From: Candidatus Parvarchaeota archaeon | GTDB lineage: Archaea > Nanobdellota > Nanobdellia > Parvarchaeales > Parvarchaeaceae | Reading direction: 5' to 3' | DNA: 55,262 nucleotides | Assembly: GCA_023378865.1 (NCBI GenBank) | Contig: JAMCSP010000013.1 | Location: 11,794-67,055, forward strand | In this document: one piece after another, positions 45,545 through 53,652 of the stretch | Numbering within the stretch: the first letter of the stretch is position 1 | Layout: the number at the start of each line of letters is the position of its first letter | Position numbers and translations under genes: made by a program | The notes under the pieces: generated by a model | Told to the model about the DNA's origin: nothing | The model's input: only the letters and a program-made list of their open reading frames with translations | Databases searched by the model: none

Positions 45545-47068
45545 TTACAAAGTTTCCAATGCTGAAGGATCCCCTTTGTCGCTTATCAACTGCATCAACT
45601 TATCATGGTTTGTATAGTAATTGCTTGCCGCCAATCCTATTACGTTTACGTTGTTTATCCCTTGTTCAACCATCCACTGCAAAACAATTCCTTTTTCCTT
45701 CAGATCGGCTGCCATCTCCTCGCTTGTCAGTCCCGAGTAAAGGGCCAGTTTCGTTGAAATCTTCTGTGAAGTATTTATTGTCCTTTCTATCGTGTCAGTT
45801 CTCGGTTTCCATTCAAACAGGTTGTTAGTCTTCAATTCCATCTCTCCGCTTACCTGTCTTTCAACTATCTCGGCAAGCTCCAATACCCTTCTTACTCCGG
45901 TTCTTCTCTGCCTAAATGAGGTTATTATAAGGTCAAGAGTTGAGACCTCGATTTCCGGCAAATCTATTGGTTCTGATATCAACCTCTTTACAACCTGCTG
46001 CGCAGTCTCGGCGTGCATAGTTGCATAAACGGAGTGACCAGTCATCATTGCTTCGAAAAGAGTCTGTGCGTCTTCCTTCCTTCTTATCTCACCTACTACC
46101 AAACGGTCAGGCCTCATCCTAAGTGAGTTAAGAAGCAAATCAAGCATGGTTACCTGTCCCTTTCCCTCGGAGTTAGGCTGCCTTGTAAGCATCGGGACCC
46201 AGTGCATGTACTTTGGAAGAACAAGCTCGCTCGTATCTTCTATCGTTATTATTCTTTGGTTTGGAGGAATAAAAGGAAGGAAAACGTTAAGCATTGACGT
46301 TTTACCTGCCGCCGTACCTCCTGTAACTAGGAATGAAAGCTCATACTGCATTGCCTGCCATACAAATGAAACAAGTTCCTGGGAAACGGTTTTTCTTTTA
46401 AGGAAATCTATTATTGTCCAAGGCTCTGCACGAAACTTCCTTATATCCAGCGTATTTCCATGCGTTGATATCGGGTACAAAGTAGAATTTACCCTGTCTC
46501 CGTTTGGAAGCTGTGCATCCAACAATGGATTTAGGTTTGTAATCTGTCTCCCTACCTTCCTTGCAATCTGCTGTGCATATGATTCTATCTTTGATTCGGT
46601 CTCTATTCTTACGTTGGTTTCCAGCCACCCATATTTAATGTGGTAAACCATCACCTGCGTTTTTGAGTCGTTTATGACTATCTCTTCAAGGTTTGGGTCC
46701 GTGTCAAGTATCTCTATTATTCCCAAGCCGAACATCTCATGCAGAAGAGTAGCTGATAATTCCAAGTATGATTTTTCCTGCATCCCGGGTATTATCTCCT
46801 GCAGTTTTCTCTGTACTATCTCAAGAAATTCCCTTTTCAATGCCTCAGAGGTAGTCTGTGAAAGCTGCTGAATCTTTGAAGGATCCTCCCTTATAAGCTG
46901 GGTTCTTATTTCGGTAAGAACTGCATTCATGCTTTGGTCTATTACAGGAGTTGTTATTCTGTAGCTCATTGTGAACTTTGAAGGTATCCTTAGTATCTTG
47001 ACATCAGCAGATATTCCGTCGGATACTACCTGGTAATTTTCTACTATCTCAGTCCCTTCCGTTTCCAT
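45545..47068 (-). CDS. Type II/IV secretion-family ATPase (FlaI/TadA/PilB-like)
   Basis: Walker A 'GGTAAGKTS', Asp box/Walker B region 'RLVVGEIR', His box 'GHSVYATMHA'. Confidence 0.88.
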   Translation of the reverse strand: METEGTEIVENYQVVSDGISADVKILRIPSKFTMSYRITTPVIDQSMNAVLTEIRTQLIREDPSKIQQLSQTTSEALKREFLEIVQRKLQEIIPGMQEKSYLELSATLLHEMFGLGIIEILDTDPNLEEIVINDSKTQVMVYHIKYGWLETNVRIETESKIESYAQQIARKVGRQITNLNPLLDAQLPNGDRVNSTLYPISTHGNTLDIRKFRAEPWTIIDFLKRKTVSQELVSFVWQAMQYELSFLVTGGTAAGKTSMLNVFLPFIPPNQRIITIEDTSELVLPKYMHWVPMLTRQPNSEGKGQVTMLDLLLNSLRMRPDRLVVGEIRRKEDAQTLFEAMMTGHSVYATMHAETAQQVVKRLISEPIDLPEIEVSTLDLIITSFRQRRTGVRRVLELAEIVERQVSGEMELKTNNLFEWKPRTDTIERTINTSQKISTKLALYSGLTSEEMAADLKEKGIVLQWMVEQGINNVNVIGLAASNYYTNHDKLMQLISDKGDPSALETL

Positions 47069-47164
47069 TGTAGTATTATAATATAATTAATTTTACGTTC
47101 TTATAACTTTAATTCTTTATTTACGGCCTAAAAAGCATAAAACTGCAGAACTCCATCATAAGCT

Positions 47165-47710
47165 ATGGCCGAAAAGCTTGAAACAGCGGTTCTTGCAGGC
47201 GGTTGCTTCTGGTGCATGGAGGCGGTATTCAAGCAGATAAAAGGCATAGAAAAAGTTGAGTCCGGTTATTGCGGCGGCACTGTTAAAAATCCTTCCTATG
47301 AGCAGGTGTGCACCGGCAAAACAGGGCATGCAGAATCCGTCAGGCTTACTTTCAACCCTTCAGTAATATCCTATGAACAGATTCTAAAGGTCTTCTTCAC
47401 CCTGCATGATCCTACAAGCCTGAATAGACAGGGCAATGACGTAGGAAGTCAATACAGGTCTGAGATATTTTATGCAGATGACAAGCAGAGAAAAACAGCA
47501 GAAGAGACCATAAAAGAATTAACGGAAGAAAAACTCTGGGACAAGCCGATAGTTACGGCTTTAGAACCTTTAAGGGAATTTTATGTTGCAGAGAATTATC
47601 ATCAGGATTACTATAAGAAAAATCCATTGAATCCATACTGCTTCATGGTTATAAGGCCCAAAATATCAAAGCTCAGGAAAGAATATCTGGAGCTTTTGAA
47701 AAAGGATTGA
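47165..47710 (+). CDS. msrA: Peptide methionine sulfoxide reductase MsrA
   Basis: Active site 'GGCFWC' and 'YHQDYY'. Confidence 0.92.
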   Translation: MAEKLETAVLAGGCFWCMEAVFKQIKGIEKVESGYCGGTVKNPSYEQVCTGKTGHAESVRLTFNPSVISYEQILKVFFTLHDPTSLNRQGNDVGSQYRSEIFYADDKQRKTAEETIKELTEEKLWDKPIVTALEPLREFYVAENYHQDYYKKNPLNPYCFMVIRPKISKLRKEYLELLKKD

Positions 47711-47769
47711 AGTTTTTATGATTCAAAATGCATCTGTTTAATGCTTTGGGTTCATGCCGTTTTTAAATG

Positions 47770-48498
47770 TCATGCGCTCAATCTCCAAAGAAAATTAAAG
47801 TAGTTTCTAAAATTTTCTGCTACTTCCTTTCGTTCTATCAATATATACGTTGGGTATCTGCCCCAAATCACCAAAGCCGTCTTGTTCCCGTAGACGTTTA
47901 TTGTAAAACGCATGTTGAATATCTCCTGCATGGATTTTACCTTGGTAAGCGGCTGCTTTTTGTAATAGCTAAGCCAATTGCTTTCCTTTTCAGTTACTAT
48001 GACCCGTTTTACAATGCCCCTTTTCACCCTCTTTTCATCCCATTTTTTTATGAATTCACCCATGCCGCTGTCGCTTTCAGAGACGCCGATTACAAGGTGT
48101 TCCTCTCCTTTTTTAAGTGTATCCAAAATGTCATTGAATACGGTTCTTGCCGAGTTAGGCCCTTCAAATATGAATATTTCCTGCCTGTTTTTTGCAGTTC
48201 TGCTTAGTTTTTCCAGAATAGGCATGGCTTCGAGCAGCGCGTCTTCCTTTTCTTTTAGGATACGTATTAAATTTTTGGGATCAGAAGCGAAGAAATACTT
48301 CTTTTTGCCCTTTATGTCATAGGAAACTAGGCCCTCTCCCATAAGCCTCTGAAGGCAGTTGTATGCAACAGAACTGTTTAATCCGGATTCTCTAAGTACC
48401 GGCCCTATCATTGAACTTCCCAATTTTATAAGAGAAAGATAAACTTTGCTTTCTGCGCTTGTAAGTCCTGCGGATTCTATAATCTTTTCAACATCCAT
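47770..48498 (-). CDS. TrmB-family transcriptional regulator
   Basis: wHTH 'GLTSAESKVYLSLIKLGSSMIGPVLRESGLNSSVAYNCLQRLMGEGLV'. The track start at 48549 is TTG. The ATG at 48498 has SD AAGGAG 5 nt upstream and leaves a plausible divergent intergenic region. Confidence 0.75.
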   Translation of the reverse strand: MDVEKIIESAGLTSAESKVYLSLIKLGSSMIGPVLRESGLNSSVAYNCLQRLMGEGLVSYDIKGKKKYFFASDPKNLIRILKEKEDALLEAMPILEKLSRTAKNRQEIFIFEGPNSARTVFNDILDTLKKGEEHLVIGVSESDSGMGEFIKKWDEKRVKRGIVKRVIVTEKESNWLSYYKKQPLTKVKSMQEIFNMRFTINVYGNKTALVIWGRYPTYILIERKEVAENFRNYFNFLWRLSA

Positions 48499-48551
48499 AC
48501 TCTCCTTTTTAGGAGAGTTTTGTATAAATACTTTACACAGCATAATCAAAT

Positions 48552-49448
48552 ATGGGAACTTTATTTTTAAGCGCAGGCGGGAACGAACCTTTAAAATTAG
48601 AGGTAAATCTAACTACAAAGAAATTTCTAGAATATTACGTCTCTGCGCTGGAATCACTTCATTACATATCACTAGATTTCAAAAGGATGGGATATGAAGA
48701 CAAGGAAAAAGAAAGAATGGAAAAATTAAATGACGACAAACCCTTAACGTTTAAAGAATCGGATGAAGTGAGAAGGAAAGCTTACAGCCGCATTAAACTT
48801 GAAGACCTGTTCCAACCTAATAAATGGAGTACCGGGTTTATTGAATTGTTTGATGAGGTTAAGCTGCCATATTTTGATAATTACGGAAAGCTTAGGCATT
48901 CCTCGCCGAATAGTTTGTTAAATGAATTTTATGAAAGCTTATCTTTACATGGTTATGGAAAGTTTGGATTTGCCAATAGGCTGGAAGAGACAATGATAGT
49001 AAAGGGCAAGGCTCTAATCAAAAGAAACAATTCCAAAGCAGATTACTCGGATGGATTAATACGAGAGGAACTGGAAAGGCTTAACAACAAAATGATGGAA
49101 TATTTTCTGAGCCGTACGGCGATATTGTACAGCGAGTATTCTAAACCGATGGTAGACAATGAATCAAATGTAAGCAGGGAATATTTTTCGACATTCGATA
49201 AAATGAAAATACCGCTTCTTGAGCTTACTCTTATAGAAAAGGGAGGGCGCTTCCGGGGTTTAACCCAAAAACAATATATAAACTTCGGCGAAGCAATAAA
49301 TAAAAAAGTATCCGGGTTGGGTTACAATCCGCACATCATATCTTACGAAGAGGAAGAAATACGCAGCCTAAGCTGGCTTGTCGGGTTTAATTTTGCAAGG
49401 GAAACCCTGCAAGAAATGGAAAACAAGTCAAATAAGAGCAGTGGATAA
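48552..49448 (+). CDS. Hypothetical protein
   Basis: 298 aa ORF divergent from the TrmB regulator. No motif recognised. Start codon uncertain. Confidence 0.5.
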   Translation: MGTLFLSAGGNEPLKLEVNLTTKKFLEYYVSALESLHYISLDFKRMGYEDKEKERMEKLNDDKPLTFKESDEVRRKAYSRIKLEDLFQPNKWSTGFIELFDEVKLPYFDNYGKLRHSSPNSLLNEFYESLSLHGYGKFGFANRLEETMIVKGKALIKRNNSKADYSDGLIREELERLNNKMMEYFLSRTAILYSEYSKPMVDNESNVSREYFSTFDKMKIPLLELTLIEKGGRFRGLTQKQYINFGEAINKKVSGLGYNPHIISYEEEEIRSLSWLVGFNFARETLQEMENKSNKSSG

Positions 49449-49494
49449 AAATATAACGGCTTATCGATTCTTTATCTCCGAACCATTCTGGGCA

Positions 49495-49569
49495 TGGGCT
49501 CGACGGGATTTGAACCCGCAACCACTCGGTTAAAAGCCGAATGCTCTGACCTAGTTGAGCTACGAGCCC
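49495..49569 (-). tRNA. tRNA-Lys (anticodon UUU)
   Basis: Reverse complement: acceptor GGGCTCG/CGAGCCC, anticodon arm TTCGG-CTTTTAA-CCGAG, T-arm GCGGG-TTCAAAT-CCCGT. Confidence 0.9.
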
Positions 49570-49616
49570 CCAAAATAATACTATCTATTATGGTTTTTTG
49601 TTTATAAATATACAGC

Positions 49617-50057
49617 CTATTTTTGAAATACAGCAGTTATCTTTTTAGTGTTTTTTCTTACTTCTAAGTATTCGCTGTTTTCAAAGCGTGAGGAACAGAC
49701 GTGCAAATAGCTATTGAAAGTTTTTATGGCAATGAACTGCGGGAAATCATATGAGCCGTCACCGTTGTCATGCATGTAATCCATAGGCTCTATCTTCTCG
49801 TTTTTATTTCCCTCTATTTTTAAAGTCAAAGTATCAGCGGAATACTCAATACTACGAAGTTTGAATTTCTCCTTGAAATGCGGCAGCACCAAGTACGTTT
49901 TTTTCGGAAAAAAGCCGTAATCCATAAGAAAAGGATTGACTCCAAGTAAAGATACTTGGTTACCGTAAAGTTCCTTTATTCCTTCAAGTTTTATGTCTCT
50001 TTCTGCAATTCCCCTAACTTTTCTAGTATCAATAATGTTCTCTAGCTTTTTTGCCAT
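49617..50057 (-). CDS. Hypothetical protein
   Basis: 146 aa ORF with no motif recognised. Confidence 0.45.
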   Translation of the reverse strand: MAKKLENIIDTRKVRGIAERDIKLEGIKELYGNQVSLLGVNPFLMDYGFFPKKTYLVLPHFKEKFKLRSIEYSADTLTLKIEGNKNEKIEPMDYMHDNGDGSYDFPQFIAIKTFNSYLHVCSSRFENSEYLEVRKNTKKITAVFQK

Positions 50058-50087
50058 TGATTGAATAAAGCTCGCAGCAAAATTTAA

Positions 50088-50666
50088 GTGTTTCCGGTTG
50101 TGAATTTTTATACCTCAATGCTTAAATATGGGCTAATTTCTTGTCTAATAATGGTTGAAGCCGATACAAAGAAAAGCGGTTTGGATGAAGTTTTGGGCGC
50201 AATATTTAAAATTGGCAGCGGGGAAACCAAACTTTCAGAAAAAAGCTCCATCTCGGAAAAAATAATAACCGGAAATTCCGGAGATATAAAAATTAATAAA
50301 ATGGAGATTTACTCAAATTTAAAGTATTTCAATCTAAGCGATTATTATGTCCTTATTTCCGCATCCAATGGTAAAAAATATGAGCCAGTGCTTTATTTCA
50401 CTAAAAAGGCCTATCTAAATAAAGAGGCTCTTGAGAAGCAGAAACCGGACCTTAATTTAATTGGTAATGGTTTAATCTTCCCGCTCTTTTCAAATGATAT
50501 TCAAGACTATTATCTCTCCAAGAGCATGGAATATAAATTTGAAATAAAGTACTTAAAGAAAGGCGATTGGATAGAAGACATAATGAAATTTGCGCAGATT
50601 ACAGAAGATAGCAATTGTAACTTGCAGGATATCTTTGACGCTTGGAATAATAACGGCAAGGTATAA
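50088..50666 (+). CDS. Hypothetical protein
   Basis: The track start is GTG. In-frame ATGs at 50118 and 50151 are more likely starts. No motif recognised. Confidence 0.45.
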   Translation: MFPVVNFYTSMLKYGLISCLIMVEADTKKSGLDEVLGAIFKIGSGETKLSEKSSISEKIITGNSGDIKINKMEIYSNLKYFNLSDYYVLISASNGKKYEPVLYFTKKAYLNKEALEKQKPDLNLIGNGLIFPLFSNDIQDYYLSKSMEYKFEIKYLKKGDWIEDIMKFAQITEDSNCNLQDIFDAWNNNGKV

Positions 50667-50711
50667 AGCTTTTATACTGTTAAATTCTTAGAATACTATT
50701 CTTTAAAACAT

Positions 50712-51188
50712 ATGGAAGCTACTGAGAATAATGAAGAATCGCATTTCTTCATAATTAGGGTTACGATAGGGAGGGAGATGCAGGCCCTAGACAGGCTGGA
50801 ATCGCAGCTTGCGAGGGTAAAGGGCATATACTCCGTGATAAAGCCGTATTCCTTGAAAGGCTATTTGATAGTAGAAGCAGATTCCAGGGAAAGCGTTTCG
50901 AATTTAATATACAACATAAAGCACATCCGCGGGATAATGAACAAGGAACTGTCAAAAGAGGAAGCTTTGAAGACAATAGAGAAGAAGAAGCAGAAGATAG
51001 ACATAAACATAGGGGATGTGGTAAAAGTCCTTTCAGGCCCATTTAAGGGAGAAACGGCAACCGTTAAAGCAGTCAACAAGGAAAAAGAAGAGCTGACCGT
51101 AATGTTTTTAGAGTCAGCAGTTCCTATAAACGTTAATATTAAAATATCGGATGTATCTACAGTAAAAAGCGAAAGTGATCAAAAATGA
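50712..51188 (+). CDS. spt5: Transcription elongation factor Spt5 (archaeal NusG)
   Basis: NGN domain 'FFIIRVTIGREMQ' and KOW motif 'GDVVKVLSGPFKGETATV'. 4-nt overlap with the L11 gene. Confidence 0.9.
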   Translation: MEATENNEESHFFIIRVTIGREMQALDRLESQLARVKGIYSVIKPYSLKGYLIVEADSRESVSNLIYNIKHIRGIMNKELSKEEALKTIEKKKQKIDINIGDVVKVLSGPFKGETATVKAVNKEKEELTVMFLESAVPINVNIKISDVSTVKSESDQK

Positions 51189-51625
51189 AAACGAAAGTAA
51201 AAATTGTTGTTGAAGGAGGAAAGGCAACGCCTGCTCCGCCATTGGGGCCACAGCTCACAATGCTCGGCTTGAAACCACCCGAAGTGGTGAAGAAGATAAA
51301 CGACAAAACAAAGGATTTCGCAGGGATGAAAGTGCCTGTAGAAATAGAAATCGATAAAACTACAAAGGAATACGAGTTAAACGTATTGATGCCTTCCGTT
51401 TCGCAGCTTCTTATAAAGGAAGCAGGTATTGAGAAAGGCTTCGGCGACAGGAAGGAATCCGCATCTATATCATTTGAAAAGGTCAAGAAAATAGCAAAGG
51501 ACCATTCCCAGTATTCATTGGCAAAGACGGAGCAGGGTTTGATAAATGAAGTTTTAGGTTCATGCCTGAGCCTTGGCTTAAAGGTTGATGGAAAGGATCC
51601 GAAGGAACTGATAAAAAAGGTGTAA
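51185..51625 (+). CDS. rpl11: 50S ribosomal protein L11
   Basis: 'VEGGKATPAPPLGPQL' signature. Confidence 0.92.
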   Translation: MKTKVKIVVEGGKATPAPPLGPQLTMLGLKPPEVVKKINDKTKDFAGMKVPVEIEIDKTTKEYELNVLMPSVSQLLIKEAGIEKGFGDRKESASISFEKVKKIAKDHSQYSLAKTEQGLINEVLGSCLSLGLKVDGKDPKELIKKV

Positions 51626-51626
51626 A

Positions 51627-52247
51627 ATGTTCTTTGGTCTGTATCAAATACTCGCGTTTTTAGAGAGCAACAGCTATTCTGCCATTTTTGTACTGATGTT
51701 TCTTGAATCCGTTATACTGCCGATACCCAGCGAAGTAGTGTTACCGTTTACAGGCTTTTTAATAGCAATAGGAAAAATCAATCCCTACTTGGGATTTACA
51801 GATGCCGTAATAGCTTCAATACTTGGAAGCATAGTCGGCTTTCTTCTGGGTTATTTCCTTGGTATAGAGATATTTATGAGGTTCTCGAAAAAACTCGGCT
51901 TCAAGGACTTGGAGTATGAAAAGGGCATAAAATGGATAAAGAAATACGGAGATTACTTCGCTTTCTTCACAAAGCTGTTGCCTGCAGTCCGTTCAATAGC
52001 AGGTATAATCTGCGGCGCTTTCAAGATGGATATAAAGAAGTTCATAGCTTACTCCTCAGCAGGTATACTTCTTTGGTCCGGTTTTCTTGTATATACAGGG
52101 TATTACCTTTCAAGCAACTGGGAATCAATAGCTAATGTCTTTGAAAAGGTAGGAATTTACGTTGCAGCAATATTCGTTCTTTTCTTCCTGGTTTACATAT
52201 TCAGGAAGAGGATAGCTTTAATTTTGAAGATAAACAAGAAGAAATAA
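51627..52247 (+). CDS. DedA-family membrane protein
   Basis: 'FLESVILPIPSEVVLPFTGFL' DedA/SNARE-associated motif. Starts 1 nt after the L11 stop. Confidence 0.85.
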   Translation: MFFGLYQILAFLESNSYSAIFVLMFLESVILPIPSEVVLPFTGFLIAIGKINPYLGFTDAVIASILGSIVGFLLGYFLGIEIFMRFSKKLGFKDLEYEKGIKWIKKYGDYFAFFTKLLPAVRSIAGIICGAFKMDIKKFIAYSSAGILLWSGFLVYTGYYLSSNWESIANVFEKVGIYVAAIFVLFFLVYIFRKRIALILKINKKK

Positions 52248-52580
52248 ATGGAATACATAGATTTTCAGGATTTCAAGAAAGTTGACATAAGGGCCGGAAA
52301 AATAGTTAGTGCTGATGATTTTCCAAATGCAAAAAAGCCTGCTTATAAATTGAAGATAGATTTCGGCGAACTGGGGGTAAAGAAAAGCAGCGCACAGATT
52401 ACAAAGCTATACAAAAAGGAAGACTTACTGGGAAAGCAGGTAGTGGCAGTCGTTAATTTCAAGCCAAAACGGGTTGCGGACTTTCTTTCAGAGGTCCTTG
52501 TTTTAGGCGTTGAAACAGAAAACGGCGTTGTTCTACTTTCTCCAGACAGCGAAGTTCCGCTTGGAAAGAATGTTTCCTAG
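52248..52580 (+). CDS. tRNA-binding domain protein (CsaA/EMAP-like)
   Basis: 'FKKVDIRAGKIV', 'YKLKIDFGE...SSAQIT', 'VVAVVNFKPKR' fit the tRNA_bind OB domain. Confidence 0.8.
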   Translation: MEYIDFQDFKKVDIRAGKIVSADDFPNAKKPAYKLKIDFGELGVKKSSAQITKLYKKEDLLGKQVVAVVNFKPKRVADFLSEVLVLGVETENGVVLLSPDSEVPLGKNVS

Positions 52581-52652
52581 TTTTATAAATAGTATTATTG
52601 TTGCAGGAAAAGTTATTAATCCGTTAAAGATTAAAATTGTTATTCTGTCAAT

Positions 52653-52761
52653 GGTGAGCTGACAGAGCGGCTATGTATTCGTCTGCAAATGGCAAATGCT
52701 GTATAGCGTTGTGAAACATGGCCGTAAACGAAGTAGGCGGGTTCGACTCCCGCGCTCACCT
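52653..52761 (+). tRNA. tRNA-Cys (anticodon GCA) interrupted by an intron of about 38 nt after position 37
   Basis: Acceptor GGTGAGC/GCTCACC with U73 discriminator (Cys identity). T-arm GCGGG-TTCGACT-CCCGC. Anticodon stem TTCGT (52678-52682) pairs with ACGAA (52728-52732), separated by CTGCAA plus the insert. Confidence 0.85.
52689..52726 (+). other. tRNA intron (canonical 37/38 position; boundaries +/-1 because of the A run)
   Basis: Removing 52689-52726 gives a 7-nt anticodon loop CTGCAAA and a standard 71-nt cloverleaf. Confidence 0.7.
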
Positions 52762-52908
52762 TTTTCAGTACTTCCGAATGTAATTTTTGGCAAATCTGCG
52801 TCACAGAATGCTTCTGGTGGCCTACTAGTCGGGGTTTACGCACTTGGCTTCTTCAAAAACAGCCTCCAAAAATTCAGCCATTTTGGCAAATGATAGAAGA
52901 TGGTTTAA

Positions 52909-53652
52909 GTGAGTTCCTCTCTAATGAATGATATGACAGGAAGGCACTATACAGAACAGGAAAAAGCCAGGGTAAGAGCGTTAATAGAGAACGGTCTTAG
53001 CAAGAGGAAAGCCTCTCAGATCTTGAGTATACCACATAGTACGATCTGGCGCTGGGGCTATCCGAGTACGTTCAAAAACAAGACTTATCCCAAGGAAACG
53101 AAAGAAGAGGCCATAAAACTGTATAAGTCTGGGTTATCTAGAATACAGATATCTATAAAGCTAGGGGTGGGTATGCGAGCTCTGAACCGCTGGCTCGGCA
53201 AAGGTAGAGATGGGCGGGAGTTTAAGGTATACTCTGCCGAACTTAGACAAAAGGCTAGGCAGATGGCAAGAAGAGGTGTACCAAAATTCGAGATTCCTAA
53301 TATTCTGCATGTAAGTCACCCGACAGTAATACGCTGGACATCTGACATAAAAGGAGATAAAGATAGAGTTAGTGGTAGATACTTCAAACTGCTAGCAAAA
53401 CTCATAAATAACGGCTTCGTAACTTTAGGCAGGAAAGACATTTGGCTATACCGTATACTCAAAAAAGACGCAAAATTAAAGGCTATCATGCTTGGCAAAA
53501 GCCTTATAGTAATGGTTCCGGGTAAGGAGAAAATGGCTGAGAAAGCTTTTATAAATATTATAAATAAAGACAAATTGACTAAAAGAAAGTTAAATAATAT
53601 GAAATACCTATTTATAACGAAGAGGGGGAAAACTAATGGATTTGATTATTAA
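52909..53652 (+). CDS. Protein with three tandem helix-turn-helix repeats plus a C-terminal domain
   Basis: Three repeats of about 45 aa: 'EKARVRALIENGLSKRKASQILSIPHSTIWRWG', 'KEEAIKLYKSGLSRIQISIKLGVGMRALNRWLG', 'RQKARQMARRGVPKFEIPNILHVSHPTVIRWTS'. The track start is GTG; an ATG lies 5 codons in. Confidence 0.65.
   Translation: MSSSLMNDMTGRHYTEQEKARVRALIENGLSKRKASQILSIPHSTIWRWGYPSTFKNKTYPKETKEEAIKLYKSGLSRIQISIKLGVGMRALNRWLGKGRDGREFKVYSAELRQKARQMARRGVPKFEIPNILHVSHPTVIRWTSDIKGDKDRVSGRYFKLLAKLINNGFVTLGRKDIWLYRILKKDAKLKAIMLGKSLIVMVPGKEKMAEKAFINIINKDKLTKRKLNNMKYLFITKRGKTNGFDY

Noticed and set aside
46146-46646. 166-aa plus-strand ORF inside the secretion ATPase gene; similar antisense ORFs at 19275-19724, 23469-23900, 24813-25181 and 47767-48207
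   Set aside because: All lie opposite genes with clear family signatures. All give low-complexity translations with no motifs, SD or promoter context.
48499-48549. TTG-initiated 17-codon extension of the TrmB regulator
   Set aside because: It would leave only 2 nt between divergent genes. The ATG at 48498 has an AAGGAG SD and matches the usual TrmB N-terminus.
52696-52893. 65-aa plus-strand ORF starting inside the tRNA-Cys intron
   Set aside because: It begins within a structural RNA gene, is arginine-rich with no motif, and has no independent start context.
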